Shown piece by piece: positions 15,240-27,470 of a stretch of DNA of 64,000 nt; position 1 is the first letter of the stretch; the number at the start of each line of letters is the position of its first letter. Where the stretch lies: contig OZ320313.1 in assembly GCA_976226885.1 (NCBI GenBank), positions 70,804,001 through 70,868,000 of the forward strand, written 5' to 3'. Origin of the DNA: Iphione sp. A-MEVVRFRX5 (lineage: Eukaryota). The notes beneath the pieces were generated by a model, which was not told the DNA's origin, did no database searches, and worked only from the letters and a program-made list of their open reading frames with translations. The translations under genes and the position numbers were made by a program.

Positions 15240-15291
15240 CAGGCCCCAAAGCGGAAATCATTTGCAGCGCCTGCCGCCCTTAATGGGTTAA
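15240..15291. mobile_element. Solo piggyBac-like terminus
   Basis: ...GCAGCGCCTGCCGCCCTTAATGGG|TTAA, i.e. TTAA-CCC start on the minus strand; no partner end found. Confidence 0.3.
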
Positions 15292-18200
15292 AAAAAGATT
15301 TCCATTTGAAAACGTTTATATACAAGTCTAGAGTCCTCCCTACAGAATGATACCATATGTCAATGTCTATCTTCATAAATCACGAAGTGATGTTTAAGTC
15401 ACTGGTAATGCTAACTTCCATGTTTCTATGTGCCGCCACCAGTGTGAAGAACATATTATATCATATTCCATATAAACACCAGGAAAACACCACTGAGTGT
15501 AAATGTGGGTTCTATTCCTGTTTTTTTCTGTTCTCTAGACACTTACACAATGTGCTTTTTCTTATGCTAGTCCGTCTGCCTGGTGCACACATTTTCACAT
15601 ACTCTTAATGCCTGCAGGAATGTGTCTCCATCCCTCAGATTGCCCTACCCAACTCTCTGATACGAGCTAGCGCGGAATGATTGATCGAGGTTCAAGCTTT
15701 ATATTTTATGACAGTTGCTTTAGATAGCCCGTGTATTAACGCCCTAAAGCATGGCCTCAGTATTACCTGGTTCCTTCTCCAGATTGAAGGAAACGGTTCT
15801 GGTGCTCAGAAAGGTACAAACAAGTCGTTATTGACAGCTGTATGTAGAACTAACGTTTACTTGGAATGACATTACGATAATACAAGTTAGCTAGGTGAAA
15901 CAAGGTCAGACAATGGAAAAAAGGCAGATAAATTAATCATTATTTCTTTCGCCGATGTGCGGGACATGTGATACACTTGCTCGCGGGTGCTTACCGAAAC
16001 CAAAACGGGCAGAACTAGTAAATGAACAGGCAAGAAGGCTCTAAGCACAGTAGAACTCACATTGCTCGTTGCGCCTATTAAACCCGAGATTCGTAATCAC
16101 AGTACTTCATACCAGCTTCTTATAAACATTATCATCATACGATGCAGGAGGGTCTATTAGTGGCATGTTGCCAAAATATGGAGGCTAATGCTCTACACAA
16201 GACGAACTGCTGGTTCCTTGAATAAAGTACTCAGTACCTGAGGACACAGGACCCTCAGTTTGGATCTCAATTGTAGTCCATATATGGTGTCCATCTGGCT
16301 TCTCCTCGCGCTCCACTTACGATGCAGACATAATCTGGATAAGTGTCGGGGCGTAGCTTGTAATAGTGATGTGTATCATCTCAGGGGCTCTTCGGTGTGT
16401 CTGATAATCTGCGATATCCGAATGTTTGAGGACAAAGAACAACCCTCGACCTTTTCTGATCCTACCAACGACCAAGAAAAATACAAGTAAAACATTTGGA
16501 TTTACGTCATTCCGGATTTAAAAGATACGTTTCATTGGCGAGAGCCTTTGCTTAATAAAGTAGGCAACTAAGGTCATGATAAGTCGCATCAAGTGCCTTT
16601 TGTTATACAAAGACCGTTTATCAAAAGCACATCGCATTTATTCCGCGCTTTATTTCTTTAGTAAATAGTTTATTGTGGAAACGGATTATATAACCCTATT
16701 TAACTTGTTATACGCACAGAACACAAATACCCGAGCCGGAAGTGGCAGGTATTCACATTTCCAAAACTGATGTAATTACATACATAAGTGGACCGCGTGA
16801 GTCAATAATATGGGAGTACGGTATGTTACCTAGTACCTTGCAAAGGTAAAATATTGAAGTATTCCTTTTTTTAAGTGGGGGTCACTCTGCATAGTCCAAA
16901 ACCATCTGCCCGGTAGATTACTTAAAGTCTTTATACAATGCACCACCATTAAAAGCTGGAGATGCGGAGAAGCCTCGCCGTATACACAGATTTGCTCCTC
17001 TGGGACAAGCTGTAAGCAAAGTCATAGGTTCATCCAAAGGGCCTGGGATGCCCAGCCTCTTTGGGACCACGCCCAGGTAATGTTTTACATGTTGATCACG
17101 TGGTATTTTTCATCTGCAAAATTAATTGTATAATCCAGAGGGAAGGTTGCATTAAAGGCTTTGCATAAGATCAATCCTTCGATAGATTTATATTCCCTCG
17201 ACATTGGCTTGGGCGCCAAAGACCTTGGATGTCAATAGAATTACGTGTTGTACGTGTAGGTCCTCTGGCTGCCTACTTAAAAATAATGGAACATCAGTTT
17301 CCCCTAAAGCTCCTGAAGGTTCTCAAGTTACTAAAAATGTAAAAGTAAATTTTATCGAGTATGTAAATGTAGTATATAAAATGCTCAAATCTTTCGATAG
17401 GTATTCATAACTTGGTGGCAAAAACAGTTAATCGAGATATATCGTTGATGGAAAAGCAAGACTCCCGATAGAGAAGAGTCTTTGATATTTATACAGTATG
17501 TGTTCTCCCACAAATGTCTTTCAGAGACGAGACGGCCACCGAGGAGAGCAACATAGTAAAAGGACTGGGGATCATTTTCCAGCATTTATGTCCTACGCCT
17601 CAGTCTCCTTTACTTTCGATGATATATGAGGGTGGGACCCAGGCTGTGGGTCTGAGGCACCGTCGGCTCACTGGAGGCGCCCCCGCGGACGAATTTCGGC
17701 TGCACTTTTCCCACCATGTATGTGCACACTTGTCGGTCCGTAAGTACGTTGGTGTATACCGGCGATGTGTGTAAGGGATCTGTCGAAACGGGCATTCTCG
17801 TCACACTCTGCCCGCGACCCGGTCTTAATGGAGGCTGTATAGGAGGATGAGGCCACCATCACTGCGTCGGCGACGGGCCGGAGCGAGAGGGGCGGAAAAG
17901 GAGGAGGGCCTAGGGAGGTTGGTTGCCAGCGAGGGCAAGGGGTCGAGGTGCACATGAGACTAGTCGCTGGTCGATATATGTTCAATATGAACTTACTTCG
18001 TTATGGAGCGCGACCCAAATGGGACCGGGAATAGTGAAGCCATCTTTTGCACCCACAGAGGGAGCGCCCTCTCCGTTAGACTTGGTTGCAGAGACTAGCA
18101 ACAAATTGAATCTCAAGAAAACGATTCGGATCTCATGTGGGTGGATCCGAAATGCTACTGCTAATGCTGAGATTGCTGCCACCTCTACAGTAACGGTCAC

Positions 18201-21200
18201 AGTCCGTCTGGTTCGGCAATGCCCTTCCACGGCGAGACGACCAGGGCCAGAGGCTACCTGCCAATTCCTGTAACATCCGGTCGAGCAACCTCTTATACCA
18301 CCCGTGCTGGGCGGCTTTCGTAGCCGGCGAAGTTTGGTGAACACAACCCCTGCTACTATAAAAAAAAATCCTCTAAAACCCCATTGGTACGCATAGGATG
18401 CAATGAGTTGGATGTTGGAGGCGCACGTGGGTACCAGCTGGGGGTCGTTTCCGCGTCGACGCAGCGGTCCCAGTTTCGCCTCTAATTCAATACCGAGTAC
18501 GATTTTGATCCGATTTCGCCGCCCAAAAGACGTTGGTGCTGCGATTCAATTTTGGCGGCTATTCAATGTGGGTCAAGGATGAGAAGGCGAAATGGGGGAG
18601 GGCCGCATTGCCGCCTACAGGGTTGGACAGTTCAGCCGGTCATTGCATCCCACCTCCTATACGCCTGGACTGTTATCATTTCAGATAAGTTTGATGAAAC
18701 GATTCAAAGCTTATCCGGCCATGCAGTTTTACAATGGTACACCGCTGGTCTATATGGCTTCCTCTGTGAGGATAGTTTGATGGTCGTTCCTTGACATGGA
18801 AGGCAATTCGCACCGTTGAATTTTGCTCTTCTAAGCAACAAAACAAGTGAAAATGAATGTTTAAAAAATGGCGTGCTGTTACCAGCCTCTGGGGCCCGAG
18901 GTTGGAATGGCGTAATCAGCAGCGTCCGGCACGGGTGGTGAGTCTGCCTCTAAACGAATAAAAATCACCTCATTCAATCAGTCAGCGTGGTCGACGGGCA
19001 TCATAATTAGCGGCGAGAGCCTTGCCGCCCTTCCAGTCAGGCGCTCAGACAATGGCACGGGGGCAGCGCGGCGGGCCACCAGACTGATGCAATTACACGG
19101 CCGGCCAGCAGCAGCAACGGCAGCGGAACGAGCAGCTCGAAAATGCTCGCTGCCGGGGTGGGCAGTCGCAGAGCGGCTCTTCCACGTCATCCTGCCAACT
19201 CTTGACGGCGCCGGTTATGGGTAATAACAAGCCAACAAGCCGTCTATTGAATTTTCATCTCCAGTGGCTTCAAACAACGGCAGTCGCTTGTCAAAATCAT
19301 AAGCTGCCAGAAAGCAAGAGAGAATGACCAGCATTTTGAAGTAAACAAAGCTACTACTGAAAACCATTGTCAAATGGATGGTTGGAACAGTTGAAGTAAG
19401 ATTTACTCGTAAGGTAAAGATTAGATTTAAAGATGTTTAAAATGTTTTTATTTGAGGAATGAGAAAATACCGGTGGAATTGCTAACAGTTTCTGAAAAGA
19501 GAAAGGTAGTTAAAACGTACTGTTGGGAGCGCTAAGTGCAAGTGTAAAATTACGAAATTGTCCTTCAGACAGATGCTTTATGTATTTTAAGAACGTATCG
19601 GCGGTTACCCACGACAGGTTAAAACAGCCTGCCTGTTCCGGCCTATAATTAATCAATCTATACTAAAACGGCTTGATTGCCCAAAGAAAGTGCAGTGGGA
19701 CAAAGCTGTCGCACGATTTTAATGATAGATTTCCTCCACGAGAAACGATGATTACAGAATAATAATTACAATTACAGAATCACTATTAGAAACAACCATG
19801 GAGACAAGCTAGTCATGAGACGGCCGTATTCATCAAGACGCCGAAAATATATTGTACTTGCGCTAGCTGCATAACGTATAACCCATTGGGGCCATACCAT
19901 ACCTAAAGAGACATTGATGTACTATAAAATGAACTCCATTCCCTATATTTGGAAAGTGGTCCATTGATGTTGATAAGATTCAGACACACACACACATACA
20001 TATAACTATTGTATCATGTGTGTATGTTTAGACGTATAGCAAAGCTCACCAACCCTTCTCAATTACTACCAACACAAGCAGTCAATGTCAACTTAACTTT
20101 TGACATTCGTCTGACTTTCTCTTATCCGTAAGGTCACCTGGGGTCGATCTATCCACTTCCGGGTCGGTTGCTTCTGTCAGCCAATGGACCGCAAGATCAC
20201 GAGGTCACTGATTGAGGGAGGTGGATGGACGGGGGCTGATCAATCAGTGTTCGAAACGCCACCGACTGGAGTGGCTAATCATGGCGCCGATCGATGCCCC
20301 CCTCCCCAGCGTCCAACGGCACGTGCTTGATGGCTTCCTGCTCGGCAGCCGCGCGCGCGCCGCACGCCAGTGTTTATCTGTGACAGCTGCCCGCTGAAAT
20401 GTCTACACGGCCGCCTGGCGCCTCTGCTGGTTGACGACAAATCCTCACCGCCACAACAAACAAAACGGCCCGCTCAAATATTGAAATCTACCGCTCGAAC
20501 ATAGTGGTAAACAGAGCCTGCGGTATAGCACCCATCGGCCATCCTGGAATTGCGTATATTCACAAGAACTTCATTAGTCCCCTCTCCTTGCAACGGAGTT
20601 TGTCTCGGGAATTCGTAGAGCAATCTTTTCTTCTCTCTAGGTCCCTCTCCTGGTTGTATTTCTACTGACCATTTCCTTTCTATTTTCCAAAGCGGCTATC
20701 TTTTTCTTAAAGTCACCCTCTGTCATCTTAATTTTCGTTGCTTTCCCTCCATGATTTGATACGTACGTGTATGGCCAAAGTGATACGGTGTGTTTCGTTA
20801 TCGCACTTTATGCTACCTAGAACTATGTTTGATGATCGTGAGGGAAGCCCATAGATCAAACAGGCTATCTACCTCATCGTGATTCCCATATTTACATCAA
20901 AGCCTAACTGTGTTGTCTACCTGAGGATGGTTTATGCCTCAGTCCTTGTCAGAGCGTCAGTCTCAGAGGGTGAGAAAAGGTCATCCTCTTCTCAGGATAT
21001 GGATAGCGTTGTTTTGCCACCAGGGATTGACGACACCCTGTTCCTGAACAAAAAACTGAATGAGATACATAGGTGTTGAGCTAGATGAAGCTATACGTTT
21101 GAGATCAGTATCACTGCAGTGACGCCTTCCGGTCATAATAACTGACTAACCCAAGCCTACATACGAGCATACACAATTTTAGAATTTTTGATATCGAACA

Positions 21201-24200
21201 CCATGACTCTAAGCAACTAAAGCGAATAGATCCACAGCGCAAGCCCAAATGCAAATTTCATTTTCAGGATTGTCCACTTTGGGGAGGAATAAGCACTACT
21301 TCAGTGTAAATTGAATTATATTCTCCAAGGTAATTTATGCAGTCGGAGTATAGGCAAATTATACAGGTATATATAGCTATTAAAATATGTGCAATCAAAT
21401 ACGTGAAACATTTTGTAATTTTCATACTCAAAGACGAATTTTTAAGTGTGGGTCGTCGTTTGTTTTCTTAAATCAAGCGTTGTATGCATAATTGAACGAA
21501 ATGCCTCTTTGTTGATGGTTTCTGACTGGTTCCTGTATCACAGCTTGAAGTAGTCATTACAAAGAGTCATGAAGGACCAGGTTTTTGTAGCAGATCTGCG
21601 CTTTGTGCAAGGGTTATAGTGTGTGAGGCAGGGTGAATAACACCAGGCTGAATGAAAGCGCAACCTCCGGATATGAGTCACCGTTTGAACTGCCAATAGT
21701 TTCTCGTGGCAACTTCATCCATAGTAAAGACATCCCACTCCGATTATATTCGGATAAAGGGCAGCCGCTGAGTAGTGTAAAAGACACAAAAAAGGAATGT
21801 TGTTACAGGATATATCTTAAGAGTAGGGTACGTATGGTTGAAACACGAATCCTGAAAGCCCAGGTGCACGGTGCTTATGTCATAGGGTAAACACTCAACC
21901 TTGAATACAGATACCTAGGAACAAGATGAAAAGTATTCGCCCAGGAGAGCATACTATAAATATGAAGATGGCCCAAAAGAGTTCTGGAACACTGCATAAA
22001 TCATGCGAGAATTTGGTACTGCACTTAAAATCGTTCTCGCTTTTGTTGTTGAAGGTGGTATGAAGTACATATCAGAATGCCCGTTTGGAGAACTGCGAAG
22101 GCAGATTCGTATTACCAAGTTGTTCCCTCGTTCTTCGCAGAGTTGATCATATTAAACGACAGAAAGATACTTCCACCTTTTCCTACGTGATTCGCGTCTG
22201 GCAGGCTTGCTTTTGTACGTAGTATCTTCTTCATATTCTTTTGGACAGCAAATTCATTCGTATAGGACGAAATGTCCTAAACTAGAGATCCGAGCGTGAC
22301 GTGAATTCATATCCTGGAGGCAAGCAGCCAAAGACAATAAACATAGGCGTACGGATGTAGAGCTTCGAATGGCGTGCAGGAAGCTGGAGGTCGCAAGGTC
22401 AGCTCCGAGCCGGCACTCGCTCGTTATGTTCATCCGTGAGAAGCATGCCCTTTAGGACCTTTAGGACCTTCTAACCCTTGCAAAGGTACGACCGGTTCCC
22501 ATCTAGAAAACGCGGCAGTCCTGGTCTAAGTCACTGAATGTCAGCTATCCGCTTTCATTACTAACTGGATGTTCTACGCAATATACTGCATGAGGTTCTG
22601 ACGTCATCCATCAAACGTACCTTCAATAGAGAGCTATTTCCTTGGAACAGCTTTGGGGGGGGGGGTTGACATCTATTTCTTACAAGACTTTAAAACGCAG
22701 TCTGACAATGTCAGTGTTTACATGTATATGGAATGTTGCTTTAAACTAACCTGAGGTGTTTTAATCAGATAAACAGAAAGTAATTGTGGCTGTGATTCTC
22801 GTTCAAGATGGTCTCATTCTAGCCCTGTCTCTCCTCTACATTTGTTAATTAGTTTTCAATATTGCGGAAACGTTCCATTTCATATGAATAATACAGCATT
22901 GTGTCATGTACAATGCCATCCTATACAATAGCTCGTAGGGGAGGGACGTCTCGAATAGGACAGCAGTCGTTGCGAAGAACACTCTTAAATGATGTTCCGC
23001 CTGTCAGAGGCGGTATAATTTGTCCTTGCTCAGTGAAGATCTTTAATTACTCCGCCTTGCGCTCGATATTTATGAGATCGAAAGACTTTCACACACATGT
23101 CACGAGTGCTGCGCTCCAAGTGCAGTTTGATGTCTTTAATTGGGATGAATGTGTTCGTAGTGATGGGCGAAAATAGGTTATGTCAGGTCAGCCTGCGTTC
23201 TGCTGCTCTTGAGTGTTAATTGAGAGTCCTTTTCTCGTCTGGATGCCTTGACAAATTAAAAGTCTTACGTGACGCAGGGTGGTTAAAGCGCATGCGTCGT
23301 CGATATCTTGATTTCGCTACCACTCTTACTTGCACATACAGTGCCGTTAGCTCCAGAGTTACGGCCTGTTGGAGGAAATGTCCCGAACCAATCACCACTG
23401 TATGGGCTGGTACGGACTTCATAACCAACAACTATCCCGCCACCAAAACCGCCACCCACTGGTCAATCTCCTCACCCCTAGTGAACGGTCGCTGGCCGCC
23501 AATGGCGTTTGTGAATGATAACGGCGACAGCTTTACCTTTTGTTTACCACTGGGCGATAATTGAATGAAATATGCCCCGCGACTGGGTGATTGATCGGCG
23601 CCGTTGGCCGGTAAATCTCCCCGTTGATCCGATCAGGGAGCAGCTCGCTAGTCAGGTCAGACACCGGCTGCGTCGTTTGTATGGGGCCCATACGAACCTG
23701 CCGCACTGAGTGTCCAGCTCGACCAAGAAATAGGTTTAGTCTAGCCACCGACTTTGTCTTGAGATGATTCGTGCGACGGCTAATAATCGGTTGCTTTGAA
23801 AAATATGAAGGAAGGTATTGACTACGAGAGAACTGTATTTGGTTGCTGGTTCCTTCGTTTCAACTTTTCTTGTCGTTGAGCCAACTTGTCTAGTTCCATC
23901 TACACCGCTGACATTATGTGCCACATATCATCAGTTACATGCAAATGTCTACATACCCGTCTATCTATCTGTTACCAATGCTTCTTTCGTAGGATAGTTA
24001 TTTCAAGGAAGGTTCTTTGTAGCATCCATTGGCTGACCTTTATAGAGTTCAGCTGGAGCTGTTCATTTTGAGGGGACCCTAATTTATAGCGAAACACATG
24101 TGGAGGACAGCGGATTAGGCAGCAAACAGCTCATAGGGACCACGCGAGTCGGTGTTTCTCGGCTAATAAGACGAGCGAGTGGGCTGGCTCAGACCTTGTG

Positions 24201-26124
24201 ACCTCTAAATGCGAAGCAGACCCTGCAGCCCGATTGCTGCCTAACGCTGGGAGGGTGGACTGCCGGCTTTCAGTTACTATTGGTGGATTGCGCCACTTCC
24301 TTCCCTCGGTCAGTAAACGAGAGGCTAGTAGCCCTGCACCATGCAGCAACTGGCTGGATGGTTTGGGGCAAAAATTGGACGCCGATACGAGTTGTGTCCT
24401 GCATAAATCAAGAGAGATGTAGGGCCTGCAACGGCTAGTGGCCATGTCGCCTGACTTCTGTCGGGAAGGTCGTTGCTGTCAGGGTCAAGCCCGATCTGTG
24501 TTTTTCCTCACTCTGATTGGCCTGTAATTATGACAAACGTGCCGGCTCACGAGGTGACGAATGTCGACTACACTCCTTTTGATCAATAGTCAGAATTAAG
24601 GTCTGCATCAGAAGGCTTAATCTTGGGAACAGTAGTATTGGGGAGTTGTACGGAAGTAGACGAAACAGAAACAATGTTCTTACGTCAGTCCATATCTTCA
24701 GACTGAGAGGCCGTAACGAACACCGGCGTGAATTCCACACAAGAATGCTACCCAAAAACGTCTGCTTCACATTGTCTTAATATACGGCGAACCAGTTATA
24801 AACCATGGCAAAGTGCGCGGGGCAATTTTTACGTTATGCTTCACTGACATATTGTAGAAACCCCTTGTGGTCAAGCTTTGTCTTGGCTCGCAACATATAT
24901 CTTACCCTTTCATGAGAAAGTTCTTTCTGTTGCATTTGAAGTTTGCTATGCTGTCTATTTGTTGCATCAGGCTTATACTGAAGAGTGTAGAGTAATAACG
25001 CATCAAACAGGAACAAAAAGCTGAATATGTCGCTCAGTTAAAAGCACGGGAGGCACAGGCGACCGAAACGACTTTTAAGGACGGGATAAATGTACACGAA
25101 TCCGGCATTATGTACACTTGTGGGGATGCTTAGGAAGCAGAGCTCTTTCACTTTATCAAAATCCTCAAAGCGTTGCTACCAATCCTTAGATACTACCGCC
25201 GACTGAGGAACGGGTGCCGCTATCAACTTGGTCGCACACTAAGGTGGCTACCAACGACCGCCGATGGCCGCCTGGGCCTCCATAAAGTGCCGTTAGTGGT
25301 TGTTCGAGTTATAAATCAGACCACTTGGTGGCGCGCATGCACGTGGACCTCGCCCCTGTGATGAACGGTAAGTGGGAAGCTGAGACGAGAGGACTTTGCA
25401 ACCACACCACGAAAAGAAGGCCGTATGCCAATAAGCTCAAGAAGAGCGATTTCACTGATTTGTCATACTACATGAGTGGGCCAGAAAGGCTCTCTATTCC
25501 CCTCAACTGGAAACCGCCACGACACTGATGTGACATCATCAGCAATATAGTAAAAGTAATACGGGTATCTTGAGTTTCATGTTTTGGAAAGGAACAGATA
25601 TTGATTGAGAAAAGTGGTTAAAATATTAAATTATACCTGTGAATTTTAGTTGATTAGAGTAGGTATTAACATCACAAACTTCTACTGCATCTTCGTGGAT
25701 AAGAATCCATAAGCCTCCAACAGACGAAAAGCCTATCAGTTGTGACTAAGTGTTTGGAGTAGCTGTCGATATTTTCTGGTCGTTAACCGTGGTACTTGTC
25801 ACTAGAGGGCACGTCAAGGTGACTCAAGCTCACTCTTCTTCAATCACCTGCTGCTGCGCAGTGGCCTTAGTGGGTGGAAGGTACTCTTTTTGTAAACACA
25901 ACTGTTTCTTCTCACTTAGAAGTTCAATGTGACGTTTGGTGAATTGATCAGAAAATATCGGGAATATTGTTTTGTTTTCTGATTAGTCGCATTCTCTCTT
26001 CGGTCATAGAAAATAGTTTTGTATCAACTAAAATATGACATGCGTATAATAGCAATAATTTGCTTTAAATTTGCAAAGGAGATATGGAGTCATGCACAAG
26101 ATTCAGCAGTGCTTTCGTGTCAGT

Positions 26125-26420
26125 CCCAGCAAACACATAACACCTTAAAACATTTTTTGCTGGTTAGATTTGGTTAAGAATGTTGTTGACCTTTTAAGAA
26201 CATTCGTTAAAGGATTTTTCAGAGCTATTTTCTTAACTAGTAGTAAAATCACTCTAAGAATGTTTTCTTGGAAATATTTTCTAACCACTAATAAAAAATT
26301 CTAAGAATGTTTTATGAAAATATTTTCTAACCACTAATAAAAGAATTCTAAGAATGTTTCCTAATAAATGTTTATCTAACCACCATATTAAAACATTCTA
26401 AAAGATTCTCAAAAAACATT
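26125..26420. mobile_element. DNA-transposon terminus (CMC/EnSpm-like) with 47-bp subterminal tandem repeats
   Basis: Starts CCCAGCAAACAC, then three ~47-bp units (CTAAGAATGTTT..TATTTTCTAACCACTAATAAAA) at 26254, 26301 and 26348; no clear opposite TIR. Confidence 0.5.
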
Positions 26421-26838
26421 TGCCCTACCTTCATTCCACAATAGTTTGGAAAAACCTTTCCTAAGTATGTGAATAATATCTTAGAAAGTACATTTGTAGA
26501 AACAAAAGATAGATAAGAAAAAGTGAGATGGGAGAGAGATCTGAAATCTAGAACAATTTGGAGTGAAGCTAATGATGTGGGAAAATAAAGATTTAGTTTA
26601 ATCACATTCACGACTAATACTTGTATGATAATATCTACTGCCTAAAGATGTGATCTGCTTTATACCCTTTTTTCAAGTTAGATGATGATCTCCTCATGAT
26701 TACCAAAAGTAGTTACAGTTATGACCATGAATACGTATAGATCACAAATAAGGCCAGATTTAGAAAGAAAAAACTGCTGTTTCTCTTATTTTTAAGGGTT
26801 CAGAAATGAGGACAGACCAGAAATTGGACAAAAGACAC

Positions 26839-26905
26839 ATGGTTTCAATGGTCTTAGGGTTCGCATGCCTGCTTCTGTCATGGGGATCGGGTTCAAATCT
26901 AGGCT
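26839..26905 (+). mobile_element. Degenerate tRNA-derived SINE head (possible)
   Basis: A-box-like TGGTTTCAATGG and B-box-like GGTTCAAATC at plausible spacing; no cloverleaf. Confidence 0.25.
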
Positions 26906-27182
26906 GAGGCGAGATAGAAAAATAATTTCAAAGAAGACAGTTATTGACATACAGTGATGCCATTAAATAAGTGATAATGTATAAATGATGGAAAAAACTT
27001 GTAATTCATTTTTTATAAAAAGAAAACCAAATATTAAAATTTTCATTCCAAACATTTTTTGAACATTTAAGGAAATGCTTTTAGAATCTTCTTAGGACAT
27101 TACCATGTTGGTTTCGACAGTCATTGATAAAATCTTATATTAAATCTACCATGCTCTAAATGCTAACAAATATATCCGGTCC

Positions 27183-27470
27183 CTCACTTTCGATCTATCC
27201 AAGGCCTTTGATCCTGTGACTCACTCATAACTACTGCCCAGACTGAAGGTATATAGTGTCAGAGTAACCTTGACGAATATCTAAATTCAAAGGCCAATTT
27301 GTTGTACCAAATGGTGGAAGTTCAGAGAAAGAGATAATATAACTGTCAGTATTTCCATGAAGAAGTATTGCCGGTCTGCTATGTTTTACAGCAACGAGTA
27401 ATGATATATCCCATGATCTCTCCAACCACTGATCAGATAATGTTTGCCGATGACCTAATAGTTACTGTAC
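27183..27470 (+). pseudogene. Non-LTR (CR1/L2-like) reverse transcriptase relic
   Basis: FDLSKAFDPVTH..LL.RLK, QFVVPNGGSSE, degenerate (G)SIAGLLCF..NDI and IMFADDL occur in RT-domain order, with stops and frameshifts. Confidence 0.75.

Noticed and set aside
26254-26400. 47-bp repeats as a CRISPR-like array
   Set aside because: The units are contiguous with no unique spacers, the context is eukaryotic, and there are no cas genes.
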